A program made the position numbers and the translations under genes. From Macrostomum lignano (lineage: Eukaryota): a DNA stretch of 64,000 nt. The stretch lies in contig NIVC01003515.1 of the NCBI GenBank assembly GCA_002269645.1, positions 1 through 64,000 of the forward strand, in the 5' to 3' direction. This document shows, in pieces, positions 13,511-26,043 of the stretch. Each line of letters opens with the position of its first letter. The stretch's first letter is position 1. A model generated the notes under the pieces. It had not been told where the DNA came from, searched no databases, and saw only the letters and a program-made list of their open reading frames with translations.

Positions 13511-14592
13511 AGCGAGTGCTTAGTTCAGTTGCAAGGAGAGATGAGAGTGGCAGCCATTCGCTAAGCATGGCTGTAGGCGATGAAGAGAGGGGGACACAGA
13601 GATGAGTTCAGTGAATCCAGTTGATGGCAGTCAGCCCGTCCTGATCACAGAAAGCTGCTCCATCAGTTCCTCAATCAAGGAATCGCAGGCTAGCAGAAGG
13701 CAGAGAGCGCAGGGTGTGGTTTAAGAGGCCGAAAAACCTATTAGCGTTAATGAGGGCCTGTAGCTATGCTCTACTTTCAAGCCGATTACTCAAAACCAAT
13801 CTTGCTTACTCTACTGCAATATTTTTCCATGCACTTGCCGATTCTGTACGCTTTGCCATCCTGTCCCAATAGACTTTGACACTCGCGGCAGAAGCTGAAT
13901 TTTACAGGCTGCCTTCGGAATTCTTTCAGGCTTTCTCTCGTTTTAGAAAGCTGCTGACACATCCCTCACACCGAGAGCTTCGTGCGTACGGTTGCAGTTG
14001 TAAATTATTCAACTTAAACTGCAATAAGATTGCACTTCAGCGTACACGCAACTCCCCTCTGCGTCAACCGCCCACTTATGTACATGTACCAACTATTTTT
14101 AGGCTGTGAGGGTTAAACTGAAAATGTAATGCTTATGACAGTTCTTCCATGTTTTCCCCTTTTTTGCTGAAGAGATAGTTGGAAATTGTGCTGCATCTTT
14201 CTGAATCAGCATCTTCCTCTCCCCCTCCATCTCTCTCCCTCCCTCCCTGCTCCATCCCTCTCTTTCTCTCTCATTTTCTCCCTTTCTTCTAGCCTCTCTA
14301 TTTGTTAGTGCTCTTATTATAACTTAATGCACTGTACTGGAAACGCTTCCACTAATTTTAGAGATTGATTGATCGATTGCTTTCAATTAGAAAAGTCAAT
14401 TTTTTAATAAGAGCCTCGAATAATCATGCAGTCAGTCAGGAAGCCACATGACGCGAGCAAAATTATCGCGGGCTTTAAAAAAATTGAACAATTCGTTACT
14501 GCAGAATGCTTGAGTTGTTACGAGTAGTCTGTCATCTTGGCTAGCAGAGTAGCTGATTGATTTACTAATAAACTAATAGAGATAGCAGTGAG

Positions 14593-16040
14593 CAGGGGCG
14601 TCGCCACCGGAGGGACAGGGGGGACATGTCCCCCCAGTAAAAGTTGTGAGGGGGACATGCCAATGCTTTGTCCCCCCCCCCAAACCTCAAGACCCGTTAT
14701 GAAAATCAATCATTTTGCTTCAAGATGACAAAATATAGTGCCTGCAGAGCTAAAATGAGTGCCTGCGGAGCTAAAATGAGTGCCTGTGGAGCTAAAATGA
14801 GTGCCTGCAGAGCTAAAATGAGTGCCTGCGGAGCTAAAATGAGTGCCTGCAGAGCTAAAATGAGTGCCTGCGGAGCTAAAATGAGTGCCTGCGGCGCTAA
14901 AATGAGTGCCTGCTGAGCTAAAATGAGTGCCTGCGGAGCTAAAATGAGTGCCTGCGGCGCTAAAATGAGTGCCTGCAGAGCTAAAATGAGTGCCTGCGGA
15001 GCTAAAATGGGTGCCTGCGGAGCTAAAATGGGTGCCTGCGGAGCTAAAATGGGTGCCTGCGGAGCTAAAATGGGTGCCTGCAGAGCTAAAATGAGTGCCT
15101 GCGGAGCTAAAATGAGTGCCTGCGGAGCTAAAATGAGTGCCTGCGGAGCTAAAATGAGTGCCTGCGGAGCTAAAATGAGTGCCTGCGGAGCTAAAATGAG
15201 TGCCTGCGGAGCTAAAATGGTGCCTGCGGAGCTAAAATGGGTGCCTGCAGAGCTAAAATGAGTGCCTGCGGAGCTAAAATGAGTGCCTGCGGAGCTAAAA
15301 TGAGTGCCTGCGGAGCTAAAATGGGTGCCTGCAGAGCTAAAATGAGTGCCTGCGGAGCTAAAATGAGTGCCTGCGGAGCTAAAATGGGTGCCTGCAGAGC
15401 TAAAATGGGTGCCTGTGGAGCTAAAATGAGTGCCTGCAGAGCTAAAATGGGTGCCTGTGGAGCTAAAATGAGCGCCTGCGGAGCTAAAATGAGTGCCTGT
15501 GGAGCTAAAATGAGTGTCTGTGGAGCTAAAATGAGTGCCTGCGGAGCTAAAATGAGTGCCTGCGGCGCTAAAATGAGTGCCTGTGGAGCTAAAATGAGTG
15601 CCTGCGGAGCTAAAATGAGTGCCTGCAGAGCTAAAATGGGTGCCTGTGGAGCTAAAATGAGCGCCTGCGGAGCTAAAATGAGTGCCTGTGGAGCTAAAAT
15701 TGGCTTTGCCTGCTAAAATGAGTGCCTGCGGAGCTAAAATGAGTCAGAGCTAAAATGAGTGCCTGGGAGCTAAAATGAGTGCCTGCGGAGCTAAAATGAG
15801 TGCCTGCAGCTAAAATGAGTGCCTGTGGAGCTAAAATGAGTGCTTGGAGCCTAAAATGAGTGCCTGTGGAGCTAAAATGAGTGCTAGCTAAATGAGTGCT
15901 GCGGAGCTAAAATGAGTGCCTGCTGGAGCAAAATGAGCGCCAACAAAACTGACAACACCGATTCTGAAAATAATGTACATGTACACGTAGAATACTTGGC
16001 TTTGTCCCCATCCACCATAAAATCCATGGCGACGTCCCTG
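14593..16040. mobile_element. Non-autonomous hAT element (MITE) carrying a 21-bp minisatellite
   Basis: Left TIR CAGGGGCGTCGCCA (14593-14606); right end TGGCGACGTCCCTG (16027-16040; 13/14 inverted match); 8-bp flanks GCAGTGAG (14585-14592) and GCAGCGAG (16041-16048). An 8-bp TSD is the hAT hallmark. Confidence 0.88.
14742..15930. repeat. 21-bp minisatellite (GAGCTAAAATGAGTGCCTGCG)n, ~56 copies
   Basis: Directly visible inside the MITE. Confidence 0.98.
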
Positions 16041-17228
16041 GCAGCGAGACTCGGGTATTTAGAAGCCAAAGTCAGAGCACTATTGAATAATCAGGAAATT
16101 AAATTTCTCACGAGAAATAATCGTAGCCGAAACTGAGCGCACGTGAGGCGGTGAATGGCACTTTGCTTTAGGAGCCATCAGCCTGAGTAGGAAGGGACAA
16201 TCAATCCGCCAGCCTAAAGTAATATTTTTTGCAGGTGGGCTGCGTTGACAGCAATTCTGCCCATTCCAATGCTGTACGCAGGCGCGCACTCACACACGCT
16301 CATACAGGGTGCACAGCAGCCCTGACTTCTAATCGTTCTTGGGTTTCTAAGGCTTGTATCGAATAGTTCTGCAATAATGGAGCAATCTAATACAAATACA
16401 CACGCATACACTGAACTGATCTGAGTCTGACTAAATCCGACAAAAAGTCAGGATTAAGCGAGTTAGGCTGTGAAGTTCCGCAGCTTCTCTCTCTCTAGCA
16501 GTCTCTAATGATGAGGCACCGGGACGGGTAATAAATCAGGCTCTCAGCTCTTCTTCGCCTCAGATCATCACTCCAAGCCCCAGCAACGGCACCCCCTGTC
16601 GTGACTGCATGCATATCTCAGCCTTCCCTTCCCAAGGGAGATAGAGAAGATCCCAAGCGTCGCATCCTTAGAGCTGCAGATCTCTATATAGTCGTCTTTC
16701 CCTCAGCTAGCTGCCAGTTTCAGGCGGAAGAACTGCCGCCGACTCAATAATTAAATAGTGTTGCCGAGTCTTCTTCAGCTGCCCAGCCTACACGCATACC
16801 ATTGGCTATTTTTCCCCGAGAAGGTCCTCTGGCCTCGAGGGAGACGAGAGATGGCGGTGGCTGCTTTTGCTGCGGTCTTCTGCTGATAGAAGAGAGACAT
16901 CTCATCAGCTGGGGATTTGATGCTATACGAGCCATATATAACATGTGTACCACGGGCGTGTTGAATTTTAAATGAATTCTGACAATGCCAGAGAGAGACA
17001 CACAAGCAGACAGACTCGTCTACAGAAATTACAGCTCGATTGAAGAGAAAGTTTCGACAGTTTTTCTGTTTCATTAAGATTCAAATAAATCTCAGTGCCG
17101 CATGAGAATGCAATACCATCAGTGACTGTAGTTATGCTCAAGTGTGAAAAACGCGAACGAAATCTGATTTAGATTACATCGTGCTCTGTGTGCTACGTGC
17201 TTGGGTTTATTTACTTTGAAAGACGAAA

Positions 17229-17899
17229 GGAGAGGAGAGGAGAGGAGAGGAGAGGAGAGGAGAGGAGAGGAGAGGAGAGGAGAGGAGAGGAGAGGAGAGG
17301 AGAGGAGAGGAGAGGAGAGGAGAGGAGAGGAAGAGAGGAGAGGAGAGAGAGGAGAGAGAGGAGAGGAGAGAGAGGAGAGGAGAGGAGAGGAGAGGAGAGG
17401 AGAGGAGAGGAGAGGAGAGGAGAGGAGAGGAGAGGAGAGGAGAGGAGAGGAGAGGAGAGGAGAGGAGAGGAGAGGAGAGGAGGAGAGGAGAGGAGAGGAG
17501 AGGAGAGGAGAGGAGAGGAGAGGAGAGGAGAGGAGAGGAGAGGAGAGGAGAGGAGAGGAGAGGAGAGGAGAGGAGAGGAGAGGAGAGGAGAGGAGAGGAG
17601 AGGAGAGGAGAGGAGAGGAGAGGAGAGGAGAGGAGAGGAGAGGAGAGGAGAGGAGAGGAGAGGAGGAGAGGAGAGGAGAGGAGAGGAGAGGAGAGGAGAG
17701 GAGAGGAGAGGAGAGGAGAGGAGAGGAGAGGAGAGGAGAGGAGAGGAGAGGAGAGGAGAGGAGAGGAGAGGAGAGGAGAGGAGAGAGAGGAGAGGAGAGG
17801 AGAGGAGAGGAGAGAGAGAGAGAGGAGAGGAGAGGAGAGGAGAGGAGAGGAGAGGAGAGGAGAGGAGAGGAGAGGAGAGGAGAGGAGAGGAGAGGAGAA
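17229..17899. repeat. (GGAGA)n homopurine pentanucleotide array
   Basis: Directly visible. Confidence 0.98.
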
Positions 17900-18274
17900 G
17901 AAATAGCCCGAAATCGCAATTCGTCATATCTTTCTTTCGATAAGCCTACGGGCCAGGCAAAAAAGCTCTTTATTGCGTAGGTGGCTTATCAGCTACTAAG
18001 AAACCTCGATAAGAATCAGACTCAGACTATGTGAAAAAGCATATTCTAACTGACTCGCCCTGGTTCAATTTAACCCACTGCCCGACACTGCCATCTATGG
18101 GGGTGAAGATTGGGAAATCGCGACCGACAAGTCGGAAAGCGGAAACGAATCCTTGCGAAGCTCGAGCATATAAGTAAAGCTGAGCGATTCACAGCTGTTG
18201 AAGACAATTAAATCAGTCTAGTTTTAATTAGCAGCCTAGTTAAAACAGAACGGAATAGCGATAAAACTGCTAGA

Positions 18275-19000
18275 ATGCGTTTGTCTGTGCTAATTGCATG
18301 TCTCAGCCTCAGTTGCTGGGCAGTGTCCCCGGCTATGTCCGGCTTTGCACTGCGCGCTCTCAGCCGGCGCTCCGAAGCCGGCGTCGTGTCCGCGGTGCTC
18401 CGCCAGATCGGCCGGGTGGCATCCAAGCAGCCTCGCCACACGATCTGTCCCACCTGCCTAATCCAAGGCACGCCCCGGGTTCGAACCCGGGCAGTGAAAG
18501 GCTCCGTGTCGCGATCGAAGCTTCGAGCTGCTGTACTGGCGCGCGGCCTCCCAGCTGAGGTGGCCTCGCGTCTGCAGGCTCTGACCTTCGCCCGCTCGGT
18601 GCTGTTTCAAACCTTCAGGTTCGAGGTGGACTCGCTGGTTCGCAGAGGCCACTACGAAACCTACATCGGCGCTGGCCGGCGTCTCACCGACTCGGACACC
18701 GTAGAATTCGGCGTCGTGCACAGCGTCGCCACCGGCCAGCTGGTTGCCAAGACAACCCCAGTTCGACGACGCAAATGCAAGCGGCGATTCTTTATCAAAC
18801 GGTGCCGCTCGTGGACTGACCGGGTGCCGCGCGGCCTCACCGCCCAGGAGCTGCGGCAAGTCGAGGCGGCGCTGCGTCACTCGGCCGTCGCCTCCGCTTC
18901 AGCGAAACTGAAACGCCTAGGCATCAGGGCCCGGTCGCGAAGGCAAGCCGAAACAGCTGTGGAGTCCGAGAAATTTGATTTGGACTTTCAGGACGACTAA
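18275..19000 (+). CDS. Uncharacterised intronless, predicted secreted, Arg-rich protein (241 aa)
   Basis: GC-rich ORF in AT-rich surroundings, with the same GC3-rich codon style as the recognised genes; N-terminus MRLSVLIACLSLSCWAVSPA looks like a signal peptide; CxxC and C-x7-C motifs. Confidence 0.75.
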   Translation: MRLSVLIACLSLSCWAVSPAMSGFALRALSRRSEAGVVSAVLRQIGRVASKQPRHTICPTCLIQGTPRVRTRAVKGSVSRSKLRAAVLARGLPAEVASRLQALTFARSVLFQTFRFEVDSLVRRGHYETYIGAGRRLTDSDTVEFGVVHSVATGQLVAKTTPVRRRKCKRRFFIKRCRSWTDRVPRGLTAQELRQVEAALRHSAVASASAKLKRLGIRARSRRQAETAVESEKFDLDFQDD

Positions 19001-21114
19001 TGAAATCGGCGTGCCATTATTGATTTAAATGGTAGTTATAACGAATTTAAAAAAAGATTTGTACTTGCCAATTATTTTCCTTATTTGCATCGTATTGATT
19101 TCAATATATACTTTAAAAATTTTGGCGTCAGTTTGAGGCCACCTGATTATCGATATTTAATTTTAAATTGTCTTTTGCTTTTGTCTTGTTTTTTTGCTTC
19201 CACTTTCTAGGCTCTGTTAACAAAATTTTCAATTAGTCGGTTCAAACGGGCTATACTAGAACTATATATGTAGCTATTATGTGTAGTTTATTATTATATG
19301 CATACATAGCCAATTACATGCCATATGCTCCTTGTGTACAGGATAGAAATACTCGTATTTGCATCTCTATCGCAGAATTCTAATCAATGAAGCACAAAAC
19401 TGTATGAATGCACCGATTAATATGTGCACCGATTTATATATGAATAGTAATTTGTCGACGCCACAGCCGCCATTCATACGAAATGTAAATTAATGCTCTA
19501 TTTATGCCTGTATTATTCAACAGTGACAGAAGAGAAATAAACTGAAAGTTAACAAAATAAGATAGCCACAGAATTGTCCAGAGATCCGGCATTTGTTATT
19601 AAACATGCTGGTAAGTAAAACAACAACGATGAATTAGAAACTAGTTTAAAATCTTAATATATATTTTAACAATTCGAAGGTTTATATAAAAACATTTAAC
19701 ATTTTGAAATATTTTTTCTGTAAATATCTAACAATACTTTTATTGACACATACTTCGCACAAGCTCAACTGAATAAAAAGTAAGAATTATTATTTTGTGG
19801 TCGAATTGACACATGGCTAGACTTTGCCTAGCCCAAGCGACGTAGCTTGCACGTAGGCTCATATTGGAAAATTTATAGACTTGGATCTGTCAATCAACCT
19901 GGTTTTTTGGTCCCTGATGGAACTGGAAGCTTGTTATATTTATGCGAAATGTCCATTCTAAGTATAGAGTGCTTCGAATATGATGTAGATTAAAAGTCTG
20001 AAGTTAGGACTTCTGTGAATTGAATACTTTAAAATTACACAAAGAGAATTCCTCTATTCACATTAGGAATAAGATGACATTACATAGTCCTAGTCCTGCA
20101 CCTAGTCCTAGTCCTAGACTCCTAGGTTATTTAATTAGTGCATTGAGATGCTCTCTTTTTACTAGCTACTTACGCTGTTCATAATTCACTTATTGTCAAA
20201 CGTTAACTTTTGCAGCTTAACATGCTTAGCTTAAATTATGGACATATATATATATATATATATATGTAACATACTAGAATTTCGATTATCTTTAATATCT
20301 ATACATTAATTTAATAGTATGTGAGTATTTATTATTATACTTACATTTAAATATTTTTCAAAAAGTAATCTTATACCTTTATATTAACTTATATTTTTTT
20401 CTTTATATTTGTAAAATCATAGACATGGCAATTTACTAATACTATTATAAATTTAGGAAAAGTATCAGAGATATGTTTTTAGTATATAATAGGATTACAA
20501 TATGTCGTACATTATCTAAATCTATCTAACTATCTAGATAATAAATTTCCTATATTGAGCTAAATTGGGCGCCATATTGCTGGTTTGGGACACCAAAATG
20601 AGTCACCATTTTTTAAATGACTTAACTAACTAGAGAAAACCAAATCTAATTAACCTTGCATTGATAAGTAAACAGTGTGCATCAGGTGCCAGGAGAATGC
20701 TATATCTGAGTCCATCGTGCCTAGTTAACTCTCGTTTTATGAATAACTTGTATATAAACAACCTAAGCAATACGCTTAGCCATTTTTATTCTCTATCTAC
20801 GAAGCTCGTATCGCTAAAGCCTAACTTAAATTTATTGCTTTTATTGGGCAAGTTTGATTACCTATAAGTACGAGGTAATGCCTGCTTACTTTTTTACTCT
20901 ACTAATCTTGCTCAGCTGTACAAATATAACCTATTCCGATAGAAAATTCATTTCGAAATGCATGGGCAAATATAGTACCGGAATCTCCAGAGTCTTAATA
21001 GCACCCGCCACCTGTGAATTATATTTGTTTAGCGCCCAGGTGTGCTGGCATCAGATTGGAAGCCTCGGCAGTCATCAATAAATTCCAACTCAACTGTGCA
21101 AGTTCTTAGCTCCC

Positions 21115-21630
21115 GACTCTACGGATCCCGATCCATACTCTACAGATCCCGATTCCAACTCTACAGATCCCGATTCCGACTCTACAGATCCCGATTCCAA
21201 CTCTACAGATCCCGATTCCGACTCTACAGATCCCGATTCCAACTCTACAGATCCCGATTCCAACTCTACAGATCCCGATTCCGACTCTACAGATCCCGAT
21301 TCCAACTCTACAGATCCCGATTCCAACTCTACAGATCCCGATTCCAACTCTACAGATCCCGATTCCAACTCTACAGATCCCGATTCCAACTCTACAGATC
21401 CCGATTCCAACTCTACAGATCCCGATTCCAACTCTACAGATCCCGATTCCAACTCTACAGATCCCGATTCCAACTCTACAGATCCCGATTCCGACTCTAC
21501 AGATCCCGATTCCAACTCTACAGATCCCGATTCCAACTCTACAGATCCCGATCCCTACTCTACAGATCCCGATCCCTACTCTACAGATCCCGATCCCTAC
21601 TCTACAGATCCCGATCCCTACCGTACAGAT
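21115..21630. repeat. 21-bp minisatellite (CTCTACAGATCCCGATTCCAA)n upstream of the PMM start codon
   Basis: Directly visible, ~24 copies. Confidence 0.97.
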
Positions 21631-21705
21631 CCCCAAGTTGAATCCCGATAATAATTCGAGCACTCCTCATCATTGCAGTGCTACAGTGAAAGGTCACCGA
21701 TAAAA

Positions 21706-22974
21706 ATGAGCAGACGAGAGGACATCCTTTGCCTATTCGATGTTGACGGCACCCTGACCAAGCCACGGCAGAGCATCACCCCTGACATGGCCCAGTTTCT
21801 TATCGACCTGTCCGCCAAAGTCCCCCTGGCTGTGGTCGGCGGTTCCGACCTGTCCAAAGTCCAGGAGCAGCTCGGCGGCGACTTCAAAGAGAGCCAACTG
21901 GGTCTCTCGTTCGAATATGTGTTTGTAGAGAACGGCCTGATGGCTTATAAGCTTGGAGGAGAGCTCATTGGTTAGTCAAATTGCTCAGTGATCATTGATG
22001 TAGTTATCTGATATGACTACTATGATCCTGTTGATTCCAAATCAAATAATGATCCCAAATTTATTAATTGAAGTTCCAATTATCCCAATTCAATTGATCC
22101 CAAACTTGATTATAAGTCTAATATTTTTAAATCTGCTTATCACAAATTCCAGATCCAATAATCCCAGAACCAATAATCTCAGATCCAATGATCCCAGATC
22201 CAATGATCCCAACCTGCCGTTTCCCCAAATCGAATGCCAGGCAAGGAGAGCATTCTGAACTTCCTCGGGGAGCAGCGGCTTCAAGAGTTCATAAACTTCT
22301 GTCTCCGCTACATCGCCGACTTGGACATCCCGGTGAAGCGCGGCACCTTTATTGAGTTTCGCAACGGCATGCTGAACGTGTCTCCCATTGGTCGGAACTG
22401 CAGCCAATCAGAGCGCGACGCGTTCGTAGAATACGACAAAGAGCGCGGAATCCGGGCCGCCTTTGTTGAGGCCCTGCGTCGCCAGTTCGACAAATACGGC
22501 CTGGTGTTCAGCATCGGCGGCCAGATCAGCATTGACGCCTTCCCGGCCGGCTGGGACAAGCGCTACTGCCTGCGGTTCGTCAAGGACCGCTTCAAGGAGA
22601 TTCACTTCTTCGGGGACAAGACTTTGCCGGTGAGTTTTGGGGTGCAGGGTGCTTCCCATATCCAATGATTCCGGATCTAATGATCCCAGATCTAATGATC
22701 CCAGCTCTAATGATCCCCAAATCCAATGATCCCCAAATCCAATGATCCCCAAATCCAATGATCCCCAAATCCAATGATCCCCAAATCCAATGATCCCCAA
22801 ATCCAATGATCCCCAAATCCAATGATCCCCAAATCCAATGATCCCTAAATACAATTGCCAAAACAGGGAGGCAACGACTACGAGATCTACGAAGACCCCC
22901 TAACAACCGGGCACCAGGTGACCTCGCCTGAGGACACTCGCGATCAGCTGACCAAAATGTTTCTGCAAGGCTAA
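21706..22974 (+). CDS. PMM2: Phosphomannomutase (HAD family, PMM1/2-like), 253 aa, 3 exons
   Basis: Exons 21706-21970, 22241-22629, 22867-22974 join in phase (762 nt). Motifs [68 protein letters not shown]. Confidence 0.97.
22660..22850. repeat. 16-bp minisatellite (AATGATCCCCAAATCC)n in PMM intron 2; related degenerate units in intron 1
   Basis: Directly visible. Confidence 0.93.
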
Positions 22975-23986
22975 AATTTGTGATACAAATTAGTGTCAAT
23001 CTGTGCCAAGAGTGACTGATCAATTGCTATTTATGATTTTTTAATTCGTGCATTATTGCTGTCTCTAGTTGTCACTGCTATAACATTAGTTTTGCGGACC
23101 AGTGTGACTGTTGGTTGTTGCTCAGATGAACATGTTTACTCATATCAGCATATGCACTACCCTTAGTAGCAATTACTGCGAGGTTTCGTTAAAATGAATT
23201 AATATAACTATTTATTTAGCACCTTTCTTACATCCTTTCTGAGTTCAACCAATTTGCACCTATTTTCTATGGCTTTGTATTGTTGCTATCGTAGTTCGGT
23301 GACTTATATTTAATTTAAAGGTGACAATAAATTAATTATGTTATCATAATACAAATACATGTAAAACTCAACTGAGCTACGTGCTACACCCGATTTTCTT
23401 AGAACTGAGCCGGAGGGCCGATAAGAAACGTGTATCGGTCTTGGTCGTATCGTTAGTGAAGTATTATCGACCGAATTCGTCTATGGCAAAACTCCATGAA
23501 TTGCTAAGCGTTCTCGAGACAAATTACACACCATCCTTACCGATCTGCGTCTCATTTCTAAGAAACTCTAGAGTACAACCGCAGCTGTTTATGAGCGGAA
23601 ATAGAATTGTTTTTCTAAACTTTCTGCTGCAAATTTATAAACGCCTTTTGAGTCGGAGAAAACACGACTATATTATTATTTCTGAAAAATAACAGAAAAA
23701 TGTAAACAGCAAGTTAAGTCTATAAATAGATATACGAAGTAGGTTGGCCATCTGTTGCACGGCTTTTGTAGTTTACTAACCTACAGTTTTTCTGCGTGTT
23801 TACAAAAGCACTCAGAACTTGGAAATGACTGGGAGCGAATTTCTAAACAAAACCTTGCCCTATGACCATAGTATAAATAGGGCTTTCAATTAAATTTTCC
23901 GTACGAACTGCATGGCTACTTCTCGAATCATTTCGTTCATTTTTTACAGAAAATCATTTTTCCTAATTGTTTCTATTGCAATGCTA

Positions 23987-24296
23987 GGGGTTATATAGTG
24001 GTTAGAGCGTCGGACTCAAGACTGAAAGGTTGGGGGTTCGATTCTCGACCCGCTCGGAACAATATGTAGCAGCCTTAAAGCAGGATCGACACTTAACTCT
24101 GCATTGCTTCAGTTCACCTAGCTGTAAAATGGGTGCCAGCATCTCAACTGGGGTAATTGAGGGTGTGTGGCGACCCCCAGTCCTTTGGACTTAACAGCCG
24201 TACGCAAGCTTCAGATGCGCCGCGCAATAGCTGCGGCTGAGCTGTCAGTTGCAGATCTGCCCATTAGGTCAGGTGTACTAAATAAAAAATAATTAA
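23987..24296 (+). mobile_element. tRNA-derived SINE family A with CORE-like central domain
   Basis: A-box-like TAGTGGTTAGAG, B-box GGTTCGATTC (24035-24044); ccttaaagcagg...cacttaactc...cttcagttcacctagctgtaaaatgggtgccagc resembles the MIR/CORE block; A/T-rich tail; second copy at 27716-27825. Confidence 0.8.
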
Positions 24297-24823
24297 TTGC
24301 ATCAAATAACATTGAGTACGTTTCACCAAGGTTCTATACGTTATCACCAGTGGCCTTTAAACATGAAGGACTTCAGTGTCTGACAAGAATGGCTTATATT
24401 GGTATAGAGCGCCATTTTGCGCAGAGCCTCCATGCAACATTTGAATTCGTAATTGCTCTTGGTACTTTATTGAGTTGTATAATTATTGGTTGATACTATA
24501 CTGGCCAGGTAGTTTCGCAACAAACGTAGCGTCTAGTGCACACGAATTTTAATTAAGGCTCCATTAAAATTGTTCTAATCCGGCATTGTGTAACTTGTGT
24601 AAGAAAAACAGTTCAAAGGCAGTTCCCGGGATTGATATTTTTTAGTACCATCCTTGTCATAACATTGTTATAATGCTATAACAATGCTGTGAATGACATT
24701 TTTAAAACGCATACAGTTATGGTAGGAGCTAAAGGGGTAATGTTTGTCTTGTAATTTAATATATGTATACAACTCGTAATATAAATATTGTAATATATGC
24801 ATATATATTATGTATAACATATA

Positions 24824-25594
24824 ACAACAACAACAACACAGTACGCTGCCAGATCACAAAAGCAGCGTCAGATGGCGCGCTTTAAAGCTTGGGCGCGAAC
24901 AAAAGCCGCACCGCCGGCAGAGTCCGGGGCGCCGGCGTCAGCCAGCAGACAGTCGACGTAGCGCCGAGTCCTCGCCTGTCCCCGCCGGTAGGGTGCCTGC
25001 AACGTAAGTAGCAGCACCTCCTGCACCGGCTCCGGGCAGTAGGCCTCGGCGCGGATGACGTGGCCTGCCAGCTGGAGTCGCCGACGGCGCAGCAGATCGC
25101 TAGGACGGGCCAGGCCGGCGCGATGATAGAGCGCCGTGTTGGTGACTCGCTCGTTGCCGATCTTGAAGGCGGCGCGCAGCAGGCCAGGTGCGCCGCGTCG
25201 ACTTGAGCCTCGAGCGAGTCTGTCAGCGTCCAGGTCTCGGCGTTGTATAACAGGACGGTCTCGATCACCGCCTGGAACAGCGCCGCCCTCTGGCGGTCCG
25301 GTAGGGCCTCGGACTGCAGGACTGACCTTATAGAACGAAAGGCAGCCCAAGAAAGTCCTCGGCGACGCCGCAGATCCTCGCGGACGTCGGGAACCAGACC
25401 GCCGAGGTAGACGAACTGCTGACATCTTGGAAGCTCACTCGCCTGTCCGTCAGCGCCTCGGCAGAAGATTGCAGCCTCGGTGTCGTCCGGCACGCATAGC
25501 ACGACGGTCTTCTGCGTGTTGACCACCAGGCCGACGCTCGCCGCAACGGCAACCAGCCTATCCAGCTGTCGTTGGGCGCCCTCGACGGTCGTCG
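24824..25594 (-). mobile_element. 5'-truncated RTE-like non-LTR retrotransposon (RT C-terminal region to 3' end)
   Basis: GLVVNTQKT, FVYLGG, VIETVLLYNAETWTLT, RRRRLQLAGHVIR, RRG motifs; one frameshift near 25185; (GTT)n tail at 24824-24840; CpG-rich, so probably young. Confidence 0.9.
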
Positions 25595-26043
25595 AGAGAG
25601 GGAGAGATCTCTCTTACAATACAACAGATTATGTAATATATATATATGTATCACAGTCATGATTGATTACTATGCAAAGCAATATAAATGTATATATTAT
25701 ATTCAAAATCACAATCTACTACTGCCTGGGCAGTGGGCATTCCCGTTGTCAGGTTGTCACGACAAGCACAATGAGTTCAAAATTTAAAATCAACGTTAAA
25801 TTATTTAAGCAAGTCTCAACTCTAACAACATGAGAAAACTAGACTGCTGCACTGTTGGCAACCGTGATGACATCCACGCCATGACTCCGTGATTCCCTGC
25901 AGTACCATGGAACGCCAATACTGGTAGATTGATTTCGTCTGTTGGACTCTCCAGTTCCATTTACACGGCGGGCATGACTTGTCTGTCTTAATTTAACTGC
26001 TCTGCCTGTGCCATAGACAATAGACGCTGTTTTGACTATAGAC

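Noticed and set aside
18474-18491. 18-bp perfect palindrome CCCGGGTTCGAACCCGGG
   Set aside because: Inside a GC-rich ORF; roughly 0.25 such palindromes are expected by chance in 64 kb.
23987-24060. tRNA genes at the SINE heads (23987, 27716, 28860) and the isolated B-box GGTTCGAGTCC at 57771
   Set aside because: No complete cloverleaf or acceptor stem could be folded; the heads continue into shared repeat bodies.
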